NCBI GenBank assembly: GCA_963707985.1
Contig: CAVPRW010000031.1
Span: 224,001-288,000 of the forward strand
Reading direction: 5' to 3'
DNA: 64,000 bases
Source of the DNA: an uncultured Nitrospinota bacterium
GTDB lineage: Bacteria; Tectomicrobia; Entotheonellia; J063; CAVPRW01
The position numbers and the translations under genes are program-made. Position 1 is the first letter of the stretch, and each line of letters starts with the position of its first letter. Positions 9,795 through 21,196 of this stretch are shown piece by piece. The notes beneath the pieces are model-generated. The model searched no databases. It was not told the origin of the DNA and worked only from the letters and a program-made list of their open reading frames with translations.

Positions 9795-12700
9795 CGGGAG
9801 GGCAAAGGCTAGCACAACGGATTCCGTTGATTGTCGTTCTGATGACAGGGATGATCATGGGTTTCTATATCTGGAAGACATATGTTGATTATGTCCCAGC
9901 CTCCTATCCGCTCGATTTCAAACATGCACAATGGCTGGTCGCGTCCGATGAAGGCCCACAGGGCTACTTTCGGAAAGAGTTGTACATCGTGGGGCCTATT
10001 CAACAGGCATGGATAATGGTGGCTGCCACCGATTCTTTCTTTCTCTATATTAATGGTAAGGTTGTCGATGCTGCGTCTTATGGGTCAGTGAATGTTTCAG
10101 GCATCTATGATATTAGCCATGCTCTGCATCCTGGGAAAAATGTGTTGGGGATAATCGCCAGGCGGATGAGCTATCCGGGACCGGCTATGACGGCGGCGGA
10201 GGGCGCCTATCTGGACCAGATAGGCCGAGAGTTCCCCGTTTCGACAGATGCTTCCTGGAAGTTCTTCCCTATCGAACAAAGGCAGGCGGAGGGGGAAATT
10301 TCATGGCTTTCCGAGCTCTTCGATGCAACGTCATGGACGAGCGCACGGACAGCAGGACGACCCCGAGCAGCGGAGATCTACCCCCTGAGCGTGCATCCTC
10401 TGGCGTTGACCATGCCACCCCAGGGAAGTTGGATCGCACACGCGGGGTCTTTGCAGGATCAAGCCACCTTTTCCTATACGTTGAAGCTCCCCACTCGGGC
10501 AGATGATGCCTGGATTAGGGTTGTCTCGGCTCGTCCTTACTCTCTGGTGGTCAATGGTATGACCGTAGAAGGGGAGGCGCCGCCTGCCCAATTTCTCCCG
10601 GTCGCTGCCAGGGATTTACTTTCATTAAAGCTCGCCAATAGCCTTACGACGAAGTGGATGAGGTTATACGGCGTTGCCATCGGACAACATAGTGAGGAGG
10701 CCTCGACCGATCTATACCAGATTGCGCCGCTATTACGGGCAGGTGCAAATCATATCATCATCTCGTCTCGACCCGGGTTCTCACGCTATGTCCGGCCTCT
10801 TTGTGGATGGATTCGTGATCAACCATGGAGAGCCGCATACTTTTGGCGGCAACTCGGGTTGGACCGCGTCGCTATCCACTCCCAGGGCAAATGATCAGGG
10901 CTCAGGGCACTTCGGCGCCATCACGCTATCCGAAAGCGAACCGTTACCTGCTAAGAAGGTCCTCGAACCAGTCCTTCCTTTGGCTTATACAGTTCAGCGG
11001 GCAAAGACGTTGATTATAGCGTTATCTCTAACCTCCGGGTTAACCTTATCGTTTGGAGGGGGACCTCACGCATCCTCTATGCCATTCGATGGACCGATCC
11101 AGACGAGGCCAGCAAAGCGGATGCGTTGGCGCATCTTCCTGTCCTCCTTGTCTTGAGTGCATTGTACCTCTTGAGCTTTGATGTGCGGGTTAACCCCACA
11201 TTTCCATTTCAATGGTATGTAGTCTGGTTCTCAGCAGCAGCCCTGATGTTCTTCAAGGCTATCCTGATAATCGAGGCGTTGTGTCATAAGGCGTCAGATT
11301 TCCAGGCTCAACGCTTCTCGAGCTCCGATTGGTCGTCTTCCTTCGCGTTACGTTTGCGAAGCTTCTGCTCCTTGTTTTGATAGGGACCGGCGCCTTCCTT
11401 CGCCTCCACGGTCTGGACATGCAATCGCTCTATCATGATGAAATCCACATGCTTACCTTTGTCAAGGGGCTCCTTGCCAAGGGCTATCCCCATAAAATGC
11501 TGGGTCCCGTCGAAATCCCCCTGGCAACATATGAGCTTGTCCCGTATCCTATAGCACTGTCAGTTAAACTCTTCGGGTTCAGCGATTTTGCTGTAAGGTT
11601 ACCCGCGGCTCTGTTCGGGATCATGACGATCCCCCTGATCTATATCATCGGCCAACAGATCTTTGATCGGAGAGTTGGCCTACTAGCTGCGGCGGTCTAT
11701 ACCTTCTGTCCACAGGCGCTGATTTGGGCGAAGTATCTTTGGCATCCCCAACAGGCCCAGTTCTTTGCCCTTCTGACTTCCTATCTCTTTTTCCGGGCTA
11801 TCCGCCTTACACCAATGTCACCACCCTACCTTTATCTAGCGGCCATCTCCTTCATTCTGACCTACCTCAGTTGGGAGGGTGCTGGCTTTCTGCTTCCAGC
11901 ACTGGGAATCGGACTGGTGGTGGTCAGAGGTAAAGATTTTACCTGGCTCAGGGAAAAGCATTTGTGGATCGCTATCGGCTTGATAGGTGTAGTAGTCGTA
12001 GTTCAGCTGTCCCGTCGAATCCTTCTACAGCTTCCCTATCTGGTGGTCGGGACTGGTCTGAGTGATGTTAGTCTACCGACCCTCTATTTTCTGGATTCGA
12101 TGTACGATCCGAGCTTCTACATTAAGAACTTTCTCTGGCTTGAAAACAACGCCCTGTTGACTCTGATTCTGATCGGTGGGCTACCCCTCATTTTCAAGCA
12201 AACGGGATTATCCTATTACTGTGCTCTGCTTTTCTCCCTCATTTTTTTCATGACAAATCTTCTCTCACATGCAGCCATCCGCTATGCTTATTATTTTGAG
12301 CCTTTTCTAATTCTTCCTGCATCGGCAATTACTGTCTATATGTTGGACTACGGCCTTCGTTTTTTAACATATAGTGGTTTTCATACACTCTCACTGCTCA
12401 AAAGATTTGTAACTGCTACACTTATTATTATAGTCATTCTGGGATCAAGCCCTTTTCTGAAAATGTATCGTCTCACTGGTTTCATAAATCCGTCTGGTAT
12501 TCACACGAGAGATGATGCCTATTATATTGACTATCGTACCTCTGTTCAATACCTTAAATCTCACTATCTAATTGGAGATCTGGTTATCGCAATTTTGCCT
12601 GATGCCGTTTCTCACTATGCAGATCTCGAATCTCACTACTACGTGCAGCATTATACCTTTCGACAAGTCTTTTATGATCCGTCAGAGTCCTCGCTCTATA

Positions 12701-12910
12701 CCTTGAGAAGATGGAAGGAAAGCCAACTCTTACAGATCTGAATGCATTGTGTGAGACCATTAGCAGACCATACAAGAGCGTGGATTGTCGCTGTCCCATA
12801 TAGTTCTCTTCCACTTCTAATGGGACCTGAGGTGAAGGAGATATATCGAAAAACGGGGAAAGGTAGTCTATGAGAGTTATAATGCGAAGATTTATCTGCT
12901 GCAGAATTGA
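9791..12910 (+). CDS. GT-C/PMT-like (ArnT/GT39-like) glycosyltransferase with N-terminal beta-sandwich carbohydrate-binding-like domains, frameshifted
   Basis: N-terminal YFRKEL..AWI..ATDSF.LYINGK..LHPGKNV repeated twice; membrane part FLRLHGL..SLYHDE, FAVRLPAALFG; pieces join across about 3 frameshifts to ...KIYLLQN*. Confidence 0.7.
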
Positions 12911-12997
12911 TTGGTTAAAGCAGTATTGCAACCGACTTAGTGCATCAACGATTTTGATCATCTCCTTAGCCTGTCTATAATCTTTTCCTTAAATCTT

Positions 12998-13950
12998 TTG
13001 CGGGGAGCATCGACACCGGTGAAGATTTTTTCGCTTCAGCCCCTGGATATTTCTCTCGAAGCGAATGCATCTAAACTGTCCGAACTCAGGGATACCGACA
13101 TATACGGGATGAGCTGGCGCTTCAGATGGAAGACGATCGAACCCGCCGAGGGGGAGTACAATTGGGAACTGATTGACAAAGCCATTCAGGTCACCAGCAA
13201 CGCTGGCAAGAAGACCATGTTGCGGGTGACCGCAGGCATGTTTACCCCTGAACTGGGTTTATCAGGCCGGAGCCAAGGCCGTTTGAGTTTAGCAATACAG
13301 ACCTAGCCTACCCGGAGAATTTTCCCAAAACTGCAACGATGCCCATTCCATGGGATGAGGTCTATTTGGCCAAGTGGGAGGAATTTATACATGCCTTCGG
13401 GAGAAGGTATAAGGGGAATCCCCATATCTATAGCATTCACATGACCGGGGGTGGACATATCACGGAGATGAATCTACCAAAAGCACATGCGAAGTGGCAG
13501 CAGGCTGGATATTCCGATGAGAAGCTCATTGCAGCCTGGAAACGGATTATTGATGTCTATCAAAAGGCCTTTCCGAATACTCCGACGAATCTTAATATCG
13601 GTGAGCCCCTCGGCGGAAATCGAAGCCACGTCTTAAAACCGGTCGTTTCCTATGCTTTGGCAATCTTTCCTCAAAAAGTATACATCCAACAAAATGGACT
13701 TAAAGCTGATTTGCCATTTAGCAATGTAATGAGGCAGATCATCCGAGAGGCTTCAGCCGACACCATTGTAGGGTATCAAATACTGGGAGGGAAAGGGTTT
13801 ATGGATCAACAGACTGGAGATCGGCTAACAGCCTTTCGGAACGCGTTGGAGGATCATGTGAGCTATGTAGAGGTCTATGCCAGTGACGTGAAGGATCCAG
13901 AACGCAGAAAGGCTTGGCTGTTTCGTGCTGCTCCAAAAGAGGGACGTTGA
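12998..13950 (+). CDS. Glycoside hydrolase-like TIM-barrel protein (GH42/beta-galactosidase-like N-terminus), frameshifted; start uncertain
   Basis: WKTIEPAEGEYNWELID, MLRV.AG..TP, PIPWDEVYL, QQNGL, YVEVY. Confidence 0.65.
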
Positions 13951-14086
13951 TTCACAAAATGGCTTGAGCTGAGCCGGTGGGTGAGCTAGTGAAGGAGCCA
14001 AACCAATGTACTCGACAGATGTGATTTGGAGCAGTCCAGCCCTATCATACGTATACCCTTGCCGTGTGGTCCGATTTAGAGGCCTG

Positions 14087-15388
14087 ATGCAGAGAACAGC
14101 GATAAAGCTGAAATCGCTGCTGCGAGGCTCACGCATCTTTTTAGCTCTAGCTTATCTTGTTATCCTTTGCGGAAGCATGCCCCCCGAAGCCCATTCCACA
14201 GAGGTGGGCCTGACGCATGGGCCCTTGGTGGGAGCTGTCAGGCCGACGGGCGCAACAATCTGGGTTCGCACCAATAGCCCCGCGAAGGTGCAGGTCGAGT
14301 TCAGTACAGCACCGGATTTCCTAGATTCGGTCCTAAGCGAGGCCGTGGAAACGGCTCAATCAAGGGATCTGACTGGCAAGGTACGGCTGTCCGGCTTGCA
14401 CTCGAATACGCAGTATTTCTACCGAGTGTGGGCTAATGGGATGGCTTTGCCAGGAACATACGAGCTCAAAACAAACCCGAGTGATTCGGCAATGAAGAGT
14501 TTCTCTTTCACTGTGGTATCCGACTTCATAACAACATCAGCGCCTGCGTATGCCAAAATAGCCGGTGAAAACCCTCCCTTCGTGATTTTTCTCGGCGATT
14601 TTAACCATAGTGACCCCGCAACGCTTTCAAAAATGCGGGCAATGCATCGGCAGATGAGGGGTAGTGAATCGAATGCAGGGAAGGATTTTACGAACTACAT
14701 CAGGCAGTTTCCCTTCTACCATGTGTGGGACGATCATGATTTTGGGAAAGATAACGCTGACAAGACATTTCCCGGGAAGAAGGATGCATTGAAAGCGTTC
14801 CACGAATACTTTCCAACTCCATCTCTTCCAAGCCAGGACGGAATTTGGCATCGGTTTCGATATGCTCAAGCGGAATTTTTCATGCTGGATCTCCGTTCCC
14901 AGCGAGATCCGAACGATACCCCGGATGGGCCAAACAAATCGATCCTGGGGGCCGATCAAAAAACATGGCTCAAGGATAGCCTACTGAATTCGACAGCCCG
15001 ATGGAGGTTCCTCCTAAGCACTGTCCCATTCAATCCAACAACGAAGCCGTTAGACGGCTGGGGGGCGTTTCAGACAGAGCGTACCGAACTCATCGACTTT
15101 ATCCAGGGGAATCTGATCGGAGGCGTGATTGTGATTTCAGGAGATATTCACTCTGGGGGGGCGCTTGATGACGGAACAAACAGTGGGTTCCCGGAGATTT
15201 CCGTGCCCCACGCAAATATGAAACCCCCTCACTGCTGGACGACACAACAACCGGGAATCTGGAGTGAAGGGATCATCTGTGGCATTGACAATCCTGGCTA
15301 TGGGAGCATTACCGTCACACCTGATTCGGTGACCCTAAAAGTCAAAGGAATTGATGGAGACGTCCGGCAGGCGCTCCAAATACCCTAA
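14087..15388 (+). CDS. phoD: Alkaline phosphatase D family protein
   Basis: N-terminal FN3-like domain (HGPLVGAV, IWVRT), LGD, WDDHD, LDLRSQR, SGDIH. Confidence 0.85.
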   Translation: MQRTAIKLKSLLRGSRIFLALAYLVILCGSMPPEAHSTEVGLTHGPLVGAVRPTGATIWVRTNSPAKVQVEFSTAPDFLDSVLSEAVETAQSRDLTGKVRLSGLHSNTQYFYRVWANGMALPGTYELKTNPSDSAMKSFSFTVVSDFITTSAPAYAKIAGENPPFVIFLGDFNHSDPATLSKMRAMHRQMRGSESNAGKDFTNYIRQFPFYHVWDDHDFGKDNADKTFPGKKDALKAFHEYFPTPSLPSQDGIWHRFRYAQAEFFMLDLRSQRDPNDTPDGPNKSILGADQKTWLKDSLLNSTARWRFLLSTVPFNPTTKPLDGWGAFQTERTELIDFIQGNLIGGVIVISGDIHSGGALDDGTNSGFPEISVPHANMKPPHCWTTQQPGIWSEGIICGIDNPGYGSITVTPDSVTLKVKGIDGDVRQALQIP

Positions 15389-15522
15389 TCCGACTTTTCG
15401 GCCGGCTATGCCAAGGGGAGCTGGCCAGCCGCCAGCACCCTAAATCAGTCCACACAAGATTGGTACAGTATGGTACCTCAGAGGTCGGTCAGATTGGGGC
15501 TTCTGTCAAGCGTGTGTGCCAA

Positions 15523-16080
15523 TGTCGTGTGGTTCGATTTAGTTGCAGTTTCCCGCGCATCCGCTCCAGCATGAGCCGCATCCACCTTAGCTCGTGGTGG
15601 CAGGGCCGGCCGGGTCATACGGCGTCGAGCTGGCGGAAGGTGAAATACACCGGGATGACCAGCGTGGCATCGCTATTCGCGACCAAGAGCAGCAGACCAT
15701 CAAGTCCTTGCCGGATCCAATGTGCTTGACCACACCACAAGGTTTCCACTAGCTTCAAGTGGTGGTCAACCTTCTTGAAAACGCAGTCATAACCTTTCCA
15801 TTTCCACTGCTAGCGACGGTAGATGCTGAGACCCTTGTCCTCCACACGCTGCGAGAAGGTTACCAGCAGCTCCTCACCGCTGCCCCAAAGTGCTTCACCC
15901 TCTTCCGTTTAGACAAGGCGTCCAGGAACATGCCGGGTCAGTGTTGGCCCCAGACGTGCACTTGGGTCAGCGAAACGGTGATCCGGCACCCAACGAACGC
16001 CGGGAACATCAGGCCGATGATGTTTTCCAGCCGCTTCGCTGACGCCTACAGTTTTCACTGTATCTTCTGGGGCTGAGGAG
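15523..16080 (-). pseudogene. Degenerate DDE transposase remnant
   Basis: Minus-strand reading QWKWKGYDCVFKK..GLDGLLLLV...LVIPVYFTFR with stops; ends at a TGTCGTGTGGTTCGAT motif. Confidence 0.55.
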
Positions 16081-16095
16081 GAGTTGCGATTTTTT

Positions 16096-17447
16096 GGCTC
16101 TTCGCCATCATTGAGGCCAAGCGTTAAGGCTGGCCACAACTGGCTAAAATGCGCTTTCGCCTATTGTGTTCATTTCGTAGACCATACGCCATCCGCTGGA
16201 TCAGCTTGATCTTGTTGTTGAATCCCTCGGTCATGCCGTTGGTGTAGCGGTGCCGAATGTAGCGGACAATCGGATCGAACCAACGCGTCAACGTCCCCGC
16301 AAGCCGTTGCAGCGGCTCTTGGACGCTCTGGCTCGCTCGCTCAATCAGCTTCAAAAGCGCCTCTCGGGCGGGTTTTTCATATTTGCGATCGAACCACCTC
16401 CGCAAGTCCTGCACCCAGTCGATGCGTTTCGCGCAACTCGGGAAAGCGCCGGCGCCACTCGTAACGCGCGATCAACTCGTCTACATTGAGCTGATCGGCT
16501 GACTTCAGCCAGCGTTTGCGCAGCTTCTTGAGGGCTTTGGCTTCCTCGTCGATCGAGCTGTTTTTGCACCGAACGCAAGACCTCGTCAAGTGCATCCACA
16601 GCCTGCTGGATCACATGGAAGCGGTCAATGACTTGCACCTGGTCGCCAAAGACCTCTTTGATCGCCGCAAAGAAGGTCTTGGACATATCCAACACGACGA
16701 CTTCAACTTGGTCACGTTCGTCTTGAGGACGGCTGTTGAACCAGGCGATGACCTCATCGGCGCGTCTGCCCTTGAATGTCGCGATCGGCTGGCCTTTGTC
16801 CAAGTCGACGATGCAGCGTATTGTAGTGGTGGCCCTTGCGCCGGGCGTATTCATCAATGCCAAGGGCTCGACCGAGCTTTCTGGGGCGACCACCACGACT
16901 TCTTTCAAAGGTCCAGCGAAACACGGTGCGTTCGGAGAGACCATAGCGACGGGCCAGTTCTCTGCACGGGCACCCTCGCAGGTATTCCTCTCGCACTCGG
17001 TTGTAGAGACGCTCGGTCCACTTGACCCGCTCGCCGAAGGTCGCACTCGTTTCCCAGGGCCGATGTGGGCAATCCGGGCACTGAAATCGCCTCAGATGCA
17101 GCCACAGCATGACGGGACGCTCCAGGATGGGCAAGTCGCGGATACTACCGCGGCCGACTCTCCTTGACCCGAGCAGTCCGTCTCACATCGGGGACACACG
17201 ATAGCATCGATCGTGGCGTTCGAGGTGCAAATCGAGCTGACTGGGGCCTCATGACCTGATTGATGACATGGAATTCGGGTAAAGCGCAGCAGCGCTTCGA
17301 TACAATTGAAATCCATGAGCACGGGTTCCTCCTTCTGGGGGTGAGTGTTAATCCAGAAGTTTGCGAGGAATCCTGTGCTTGTCAATAAGCGGCTCTCAGC
17401 CCCTGACTATCGAGCTCAGACACTGGCCTCAAACTTGGCGAAGAGCC
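16096..17447 (-). mobile_element. ISL3-family insertion sequence (1352 bp)
   Basis: Imperfect 24-bp terminal IRs GGCTCTTCGCCA...TGAGGCCA; 8-bp target duplication GATTTTTT at 16088-16095 and 17448-17455. Confidence 0.92.
16124..17316 (-). CDS. ISL3 transposase, multiply frameshifted
   Basis: CPRC zinc finger, RRFQCPDC, LGIDE, VVLDM, IDRFHV, TNGMTEGFNNKIKLIQRMAYG. Confidence 0.9.
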
Positions 17448-17560
17448 GATTTTTTTCATCTAGAAAGGAGGTGATTTAAAGAAAGCTTCTATTATTACAG
17501 CGTGTGATCCAAAGAGCGGGTAGGTTGTTACCAAGTAATACTGAATAGAGGAGAAAGTAC

Positions 17561-17972
17561 ATGGAGAGGAAGCCAGAGACGAAGTACAGTCGCTGGATTA
17601 TTACAATCATAGCCTTGAGCTTGATGGTACTATGGTCATTCGGCGGACCTTGGGTTGCCAGTGCAGATGATCCAGGGGCCATCTGCGTTATGCGTTTGGC
17701 GTCAAACACTACCCCGATCTTGAGCGTTATAGTGGATCAACCAAATGATTTCAATATCGCCATATCCACACCTGCTCGTAAGGTTATCAAAGTACCAGTT
17801 CGCTGCGACATGCTTGAAACACTCGCGCTTGGTGTGGCCAATCAAGGTGACAGCACAAACGAAACTAACTGTAAAAGTTTACACTTATGCTGGCCTCGAA
17901 TTCTGCTCCAAGGGCCCCTTCCAATTGGAGGCTCATGGATCGCAGGGGGTGATTTTCAGTGATTGTCAATGA
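17561..17972 (+). CDS. Secreted hypothetical protein A (4 Cys, ends FSDCQ), one frameshift near 17855
   Basis: Signal peptide ending ASA-DDPGAICV; C-terminus in another frame ...CSKGPF...GVIFSDCQ*; paralog of the next gene. Confidence 0.65.
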
Positions 17973-18084
17973 TTCAATACTGCCGTGAAATACCACAGAG
18001 AAAGTCTCAACATGTGGAAAGGTATCCATGACTTTTGTGGTTCTTAACCGGCACCTTTGCAAAGTGTATTGGAGGAAATGAGTG

Positions 18085-18491
18085 ATGGGGAAAAACGCTA
18101 GTCGGATGTATCGTCAATTGACTCTCATTTTGATAGCCTTCTGCCTGAGTGTCTTATGGTCACTCAGCATCTCCTCAATTGCACGTGCAGAGGATCCTGA
18201 TGCGATCTGCGTCGTGAATGTCATCGCCGAAGGCAACGTTTAAGTATTCTGGTAAACCAACCGCAAGGTTTCAGCATTGCAATCCCCTTACCGATTGGCA
18301 AAGATGTCAGCGCACCACTCCCATGCAGTAGTGTCGAATCGGCAGGGGTTGGCGTGGCCAACCAGACTAATGCCAATATAAATGCTGCCGTGCGAATTCT
18401 TGCCCATGATGGGACGTTGATTTGCTCCAGGGGGCCGTTCGTTCTCGCAGTTAACGGAGGGAGAGGGGTTACCTTTAGCGATTGCCAATGA
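18085..18491 (+). CDS. Secreted hypothetical protein B (paralog of A), one frameshift near 18240; absent from the ORF track
   Basis: GGAGG at 18071; MGKN...ARA-EDPDAICVV then LSILVNQP..GVANQ..CSRGPF..GVTFSDCQ*. Confidence 0.65.
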
Positions 18492-18750
18492 ACTGATCTC
18501 GTAGATGCAAAGTACGGGCAGCAACGCGTCCGGTCCGGGCTGCAAAGACGAAGATGTTAGTGATGTGATGCATGCCGGGACGGCCGGAAAACCAGAGGGG
18601 GGTCTTCATGGCGGGAAGCGTAAATCCCCCTCTGCCACATACGAGCATTACGGTGCTCTATCGTTAACGACCTGTCCCAGATGAACTCTTCCTGGTGACA
18701 TCAATCATATGCATCGACGTCTTAGTAATATTGAGGTTCTCTGATTCAGA

Positions 18751-19866
18751 TTAGGGCATGAGAACATCAGCCGCATAGCTGATCACATCTGCAAGCACTG
18801 GATTAAGAATATCCTGCTGATAAATTTCTTGATAGCTCATACCATACTCTGCTCCTGTACGAACTGCTTCTTGCAACACCGTTATAGGGTCACATGGTTT
18901 TATACCACTATTCATTTTGCAGCTTGAGTCATTCGTAACATACCACAACATTTGTCCTGCAACGTCTGGCTGATTATCAAATATGATCTGCCAGTTACCA
19001 AGGACCGAAATCAGCTCAGGGTCAGGGGTATCGGCGGACAACGAATTCTTTTGCACGATAAATCTACCAGGATACTTCTTAAATGCATGATTGACTACAT
19101 TTCTGGGGACATAGTTTTGATCTGGATCCAGCTGATTTGAACTTCCATTAATTGCTAATAAAATGATCTGATGGGGAAATGCTGTCATTGTAGCATCGAC
19201 TAGCTGGTTACAGGTATTCACGAGCTTGTCTGAAGTATATCCTATCAGCCTTCCAATTTGTTACGTCAGTTTTCGTGGAAGGGACATTCCAGATCGTCGG
19301 TGATAGCATTAGCACAGGAAACCACCACCAATTCAACTTCTGGATTGCCAGAAAAATGCTGCCCCATAGCGGCGATAAGGTTTTTCTTCTTTTTCAAGAA
19401 TGGGGTCCCAGAAGACTGGAATCGTCAGGGTCTGGCCATAAGTATCATGATAACGAATCGTATCCACAAAGGAGAACGTCTGAACACCAGCATCAAAAAC
19501 CCATTGTGGAGTGTTTTGTCCTCCTGCGGAAATACGAAGGAGGGGGTCGGTTTTACCAGCGTTCATTACACGAGTAATTTGGCTGTCGAAATATGACCAA
19601 TTATAGACACCTTCCGTTGGCTCAACTACCTGCCATTGGCTTCTGATCGATACACCCCCGACGGACGGGTGGCCCAAAATTGCAGCATTGACTGGTTTGT
19701 TAGGTGGAGTGAGACTAAACACGCCGCGTGGCACCTCGGCTGGGTATGCATTGGCGATGGACAGTAGTAGAGCGATGCTAACTGAGACCATACTGCTGAA
19801 CAGCGAAGCGACAATCCGAGCGCGCCACGCCCCTGCAGATTGAGACAAGACTGAAGCTGATACCAT
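18751..19866 (-). CDS. Secreted glycoside hydrolase-like TIM-barrel protein (paralog of 12998-13950), frameshifted
   Basis: GGAGG RBS; signal peptide; QWQVVEPTEGVYNWSYFD, TPQWV, IPVFWDP, QKNSL, YQEIY. Confidence 0.7.
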
Positions 19867-20387
19867 AGAGCACCTCCGCGTTGTGAGCGTTTTGTCAGCC
19901 GTGCAACAGGCACAGCCCGGTGGAGGTGCTGTGTGCGCCCGGCAACCCTCGCCTACCATATCCAGGCAAGCCTGGACTTAGGCCAGTAGCTTTGCGTCCC
20001 AACCTTTCGGATGGTTTGCCCTAAACGGGAAACGAACTTCGTGGTTCCTTCCATGGAATATCGCAAGGGACGTACCACATTGCGCTTGCACCGTGAAAAC
20101 CAACACGCGCCAGGAATTGTGGGATCAAACCGCAAGGATGAGAGGCCGACTATCGGAAGATTCCTTGCCCAGGAAGGCAAAATCTACCGGGCGTTCTTCA
20201 GCCAATGAACGGTGATGAGTGGATCCGGCAAGCTGCGGCAAACCGTAAACCTCGAGAGCGCACCACATCGGGGTAGTGGGCATCGCAGCATAGGCCTCTG
20301 AGTCGGAGAAGGGGGCTGCATCGATGCCGAGTGGTAGGAATGCGTTCGGCAGGAGGAAAGAGGGATGCACAATAAAGGAGGGGGGAA

Positions 20388-21131
20388 TTGATGGGATTCA
20401 CCGTCTGGTTTACCGGGCTTCCGAGCTCGGGTAAGAGCACGCTGGCACGCCTGCTTGAGGAGGTGCTGGGGCTGGTGCAACGGGGACAGCGTGTGGAGGT
20501 GTTGGATGGCGATGAAGTGCGCTTGCGCCTGTCGCGTGGTCTCGGCTTTTCCAAGGAGGATCGCGACGAGAATATTCGCCGCATCACCTACGTCGCCAAG
20601 TTGATCACCCACTGTGGCGGAGTGGCGGTCACGTGTGCCATCTCTCCCTACCGCGACCTGCGTGCCGAGGCGCGTCAGGAGATCGGCCGCTTTGTCGAGG
20701 TCTATGTCAAGTGCGCCCTCGACGTCTGCATCGACCGCGATGTCAAAGGGCTCTATGCCAAAGCCCTCCGCGGTGAGATCGCTGCCTTTACCGGAGTCTC
20801 CGACCCGTATGAAGCACCACTCGCCCCCGAAGTGGTCGTCGAGACCGATCGCGAGTCTCCCGAGGAGAGCTTGACGAAGATCCTGCAGCGCCTGGAGGCG
20901 TTGGGGTACATGGCAGCGACACCTGTCAATAGCATGCGCTCGTTGCTATTGCCGCGCTATCTCATCGAGGCTTTGGAAGTACAGGTGCCCGATACGCCCT
21001 TTCGCGATGTGACAGCGTATGTGACCCATCTCCTCACCCAGGTGCTTGAAGAAGAGCCAGCCTTGGCCCTCTCAGCCGACGAGACCGCAATGGTCAAAGC
21101 GCGACTCCGCGATCTTGGGTATTTGGAGTGA
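20388..21131 (+). CDS. cysC: Adenylyl-sulfate kinase with C-terminal RHH-like/RLxxLGY extension
   Basis: [13 protein letters not shown]-loop, [28 protein letters not shown]; about 65 extra aa ending [12 protein letters not shown]. Confidence 0.93.
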   Translation: MMGFTVWFTGLPSSGKSTLARLLEEVLGLVQRGQRVEVLDGDEVRLRLSRGLGFSKEDRDENIRRITYVAKLITHCGGVAVTCAISPYRDLRAEARQEIGRFVEVYVKCALDVCIDRDVKGLYAKALRGEIAAFTGVSDPYEAPLAPEVVVETDRESPEESLTKILQRLEALGYMAATPVNSMRSLLLPRYLIEALEVQVPDTPFRDVTAYVTHLLTQVLEEEPALALSADETAMVKARLRDLGYLE

Positions 21132-21196
21132 GACAAGGACCAGCGAGGCTGTGGTCAAGGACCGCTATTTATCACCCCTATGACAAAGGAGGAGCT

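Noticed and set aside
19960..20380. Riboswitch or ncRNA in the cysC leader
   Set aside because: No SAM-riboswitch or other known motif recognisable by eye. An Rfam cmscan would be needed.
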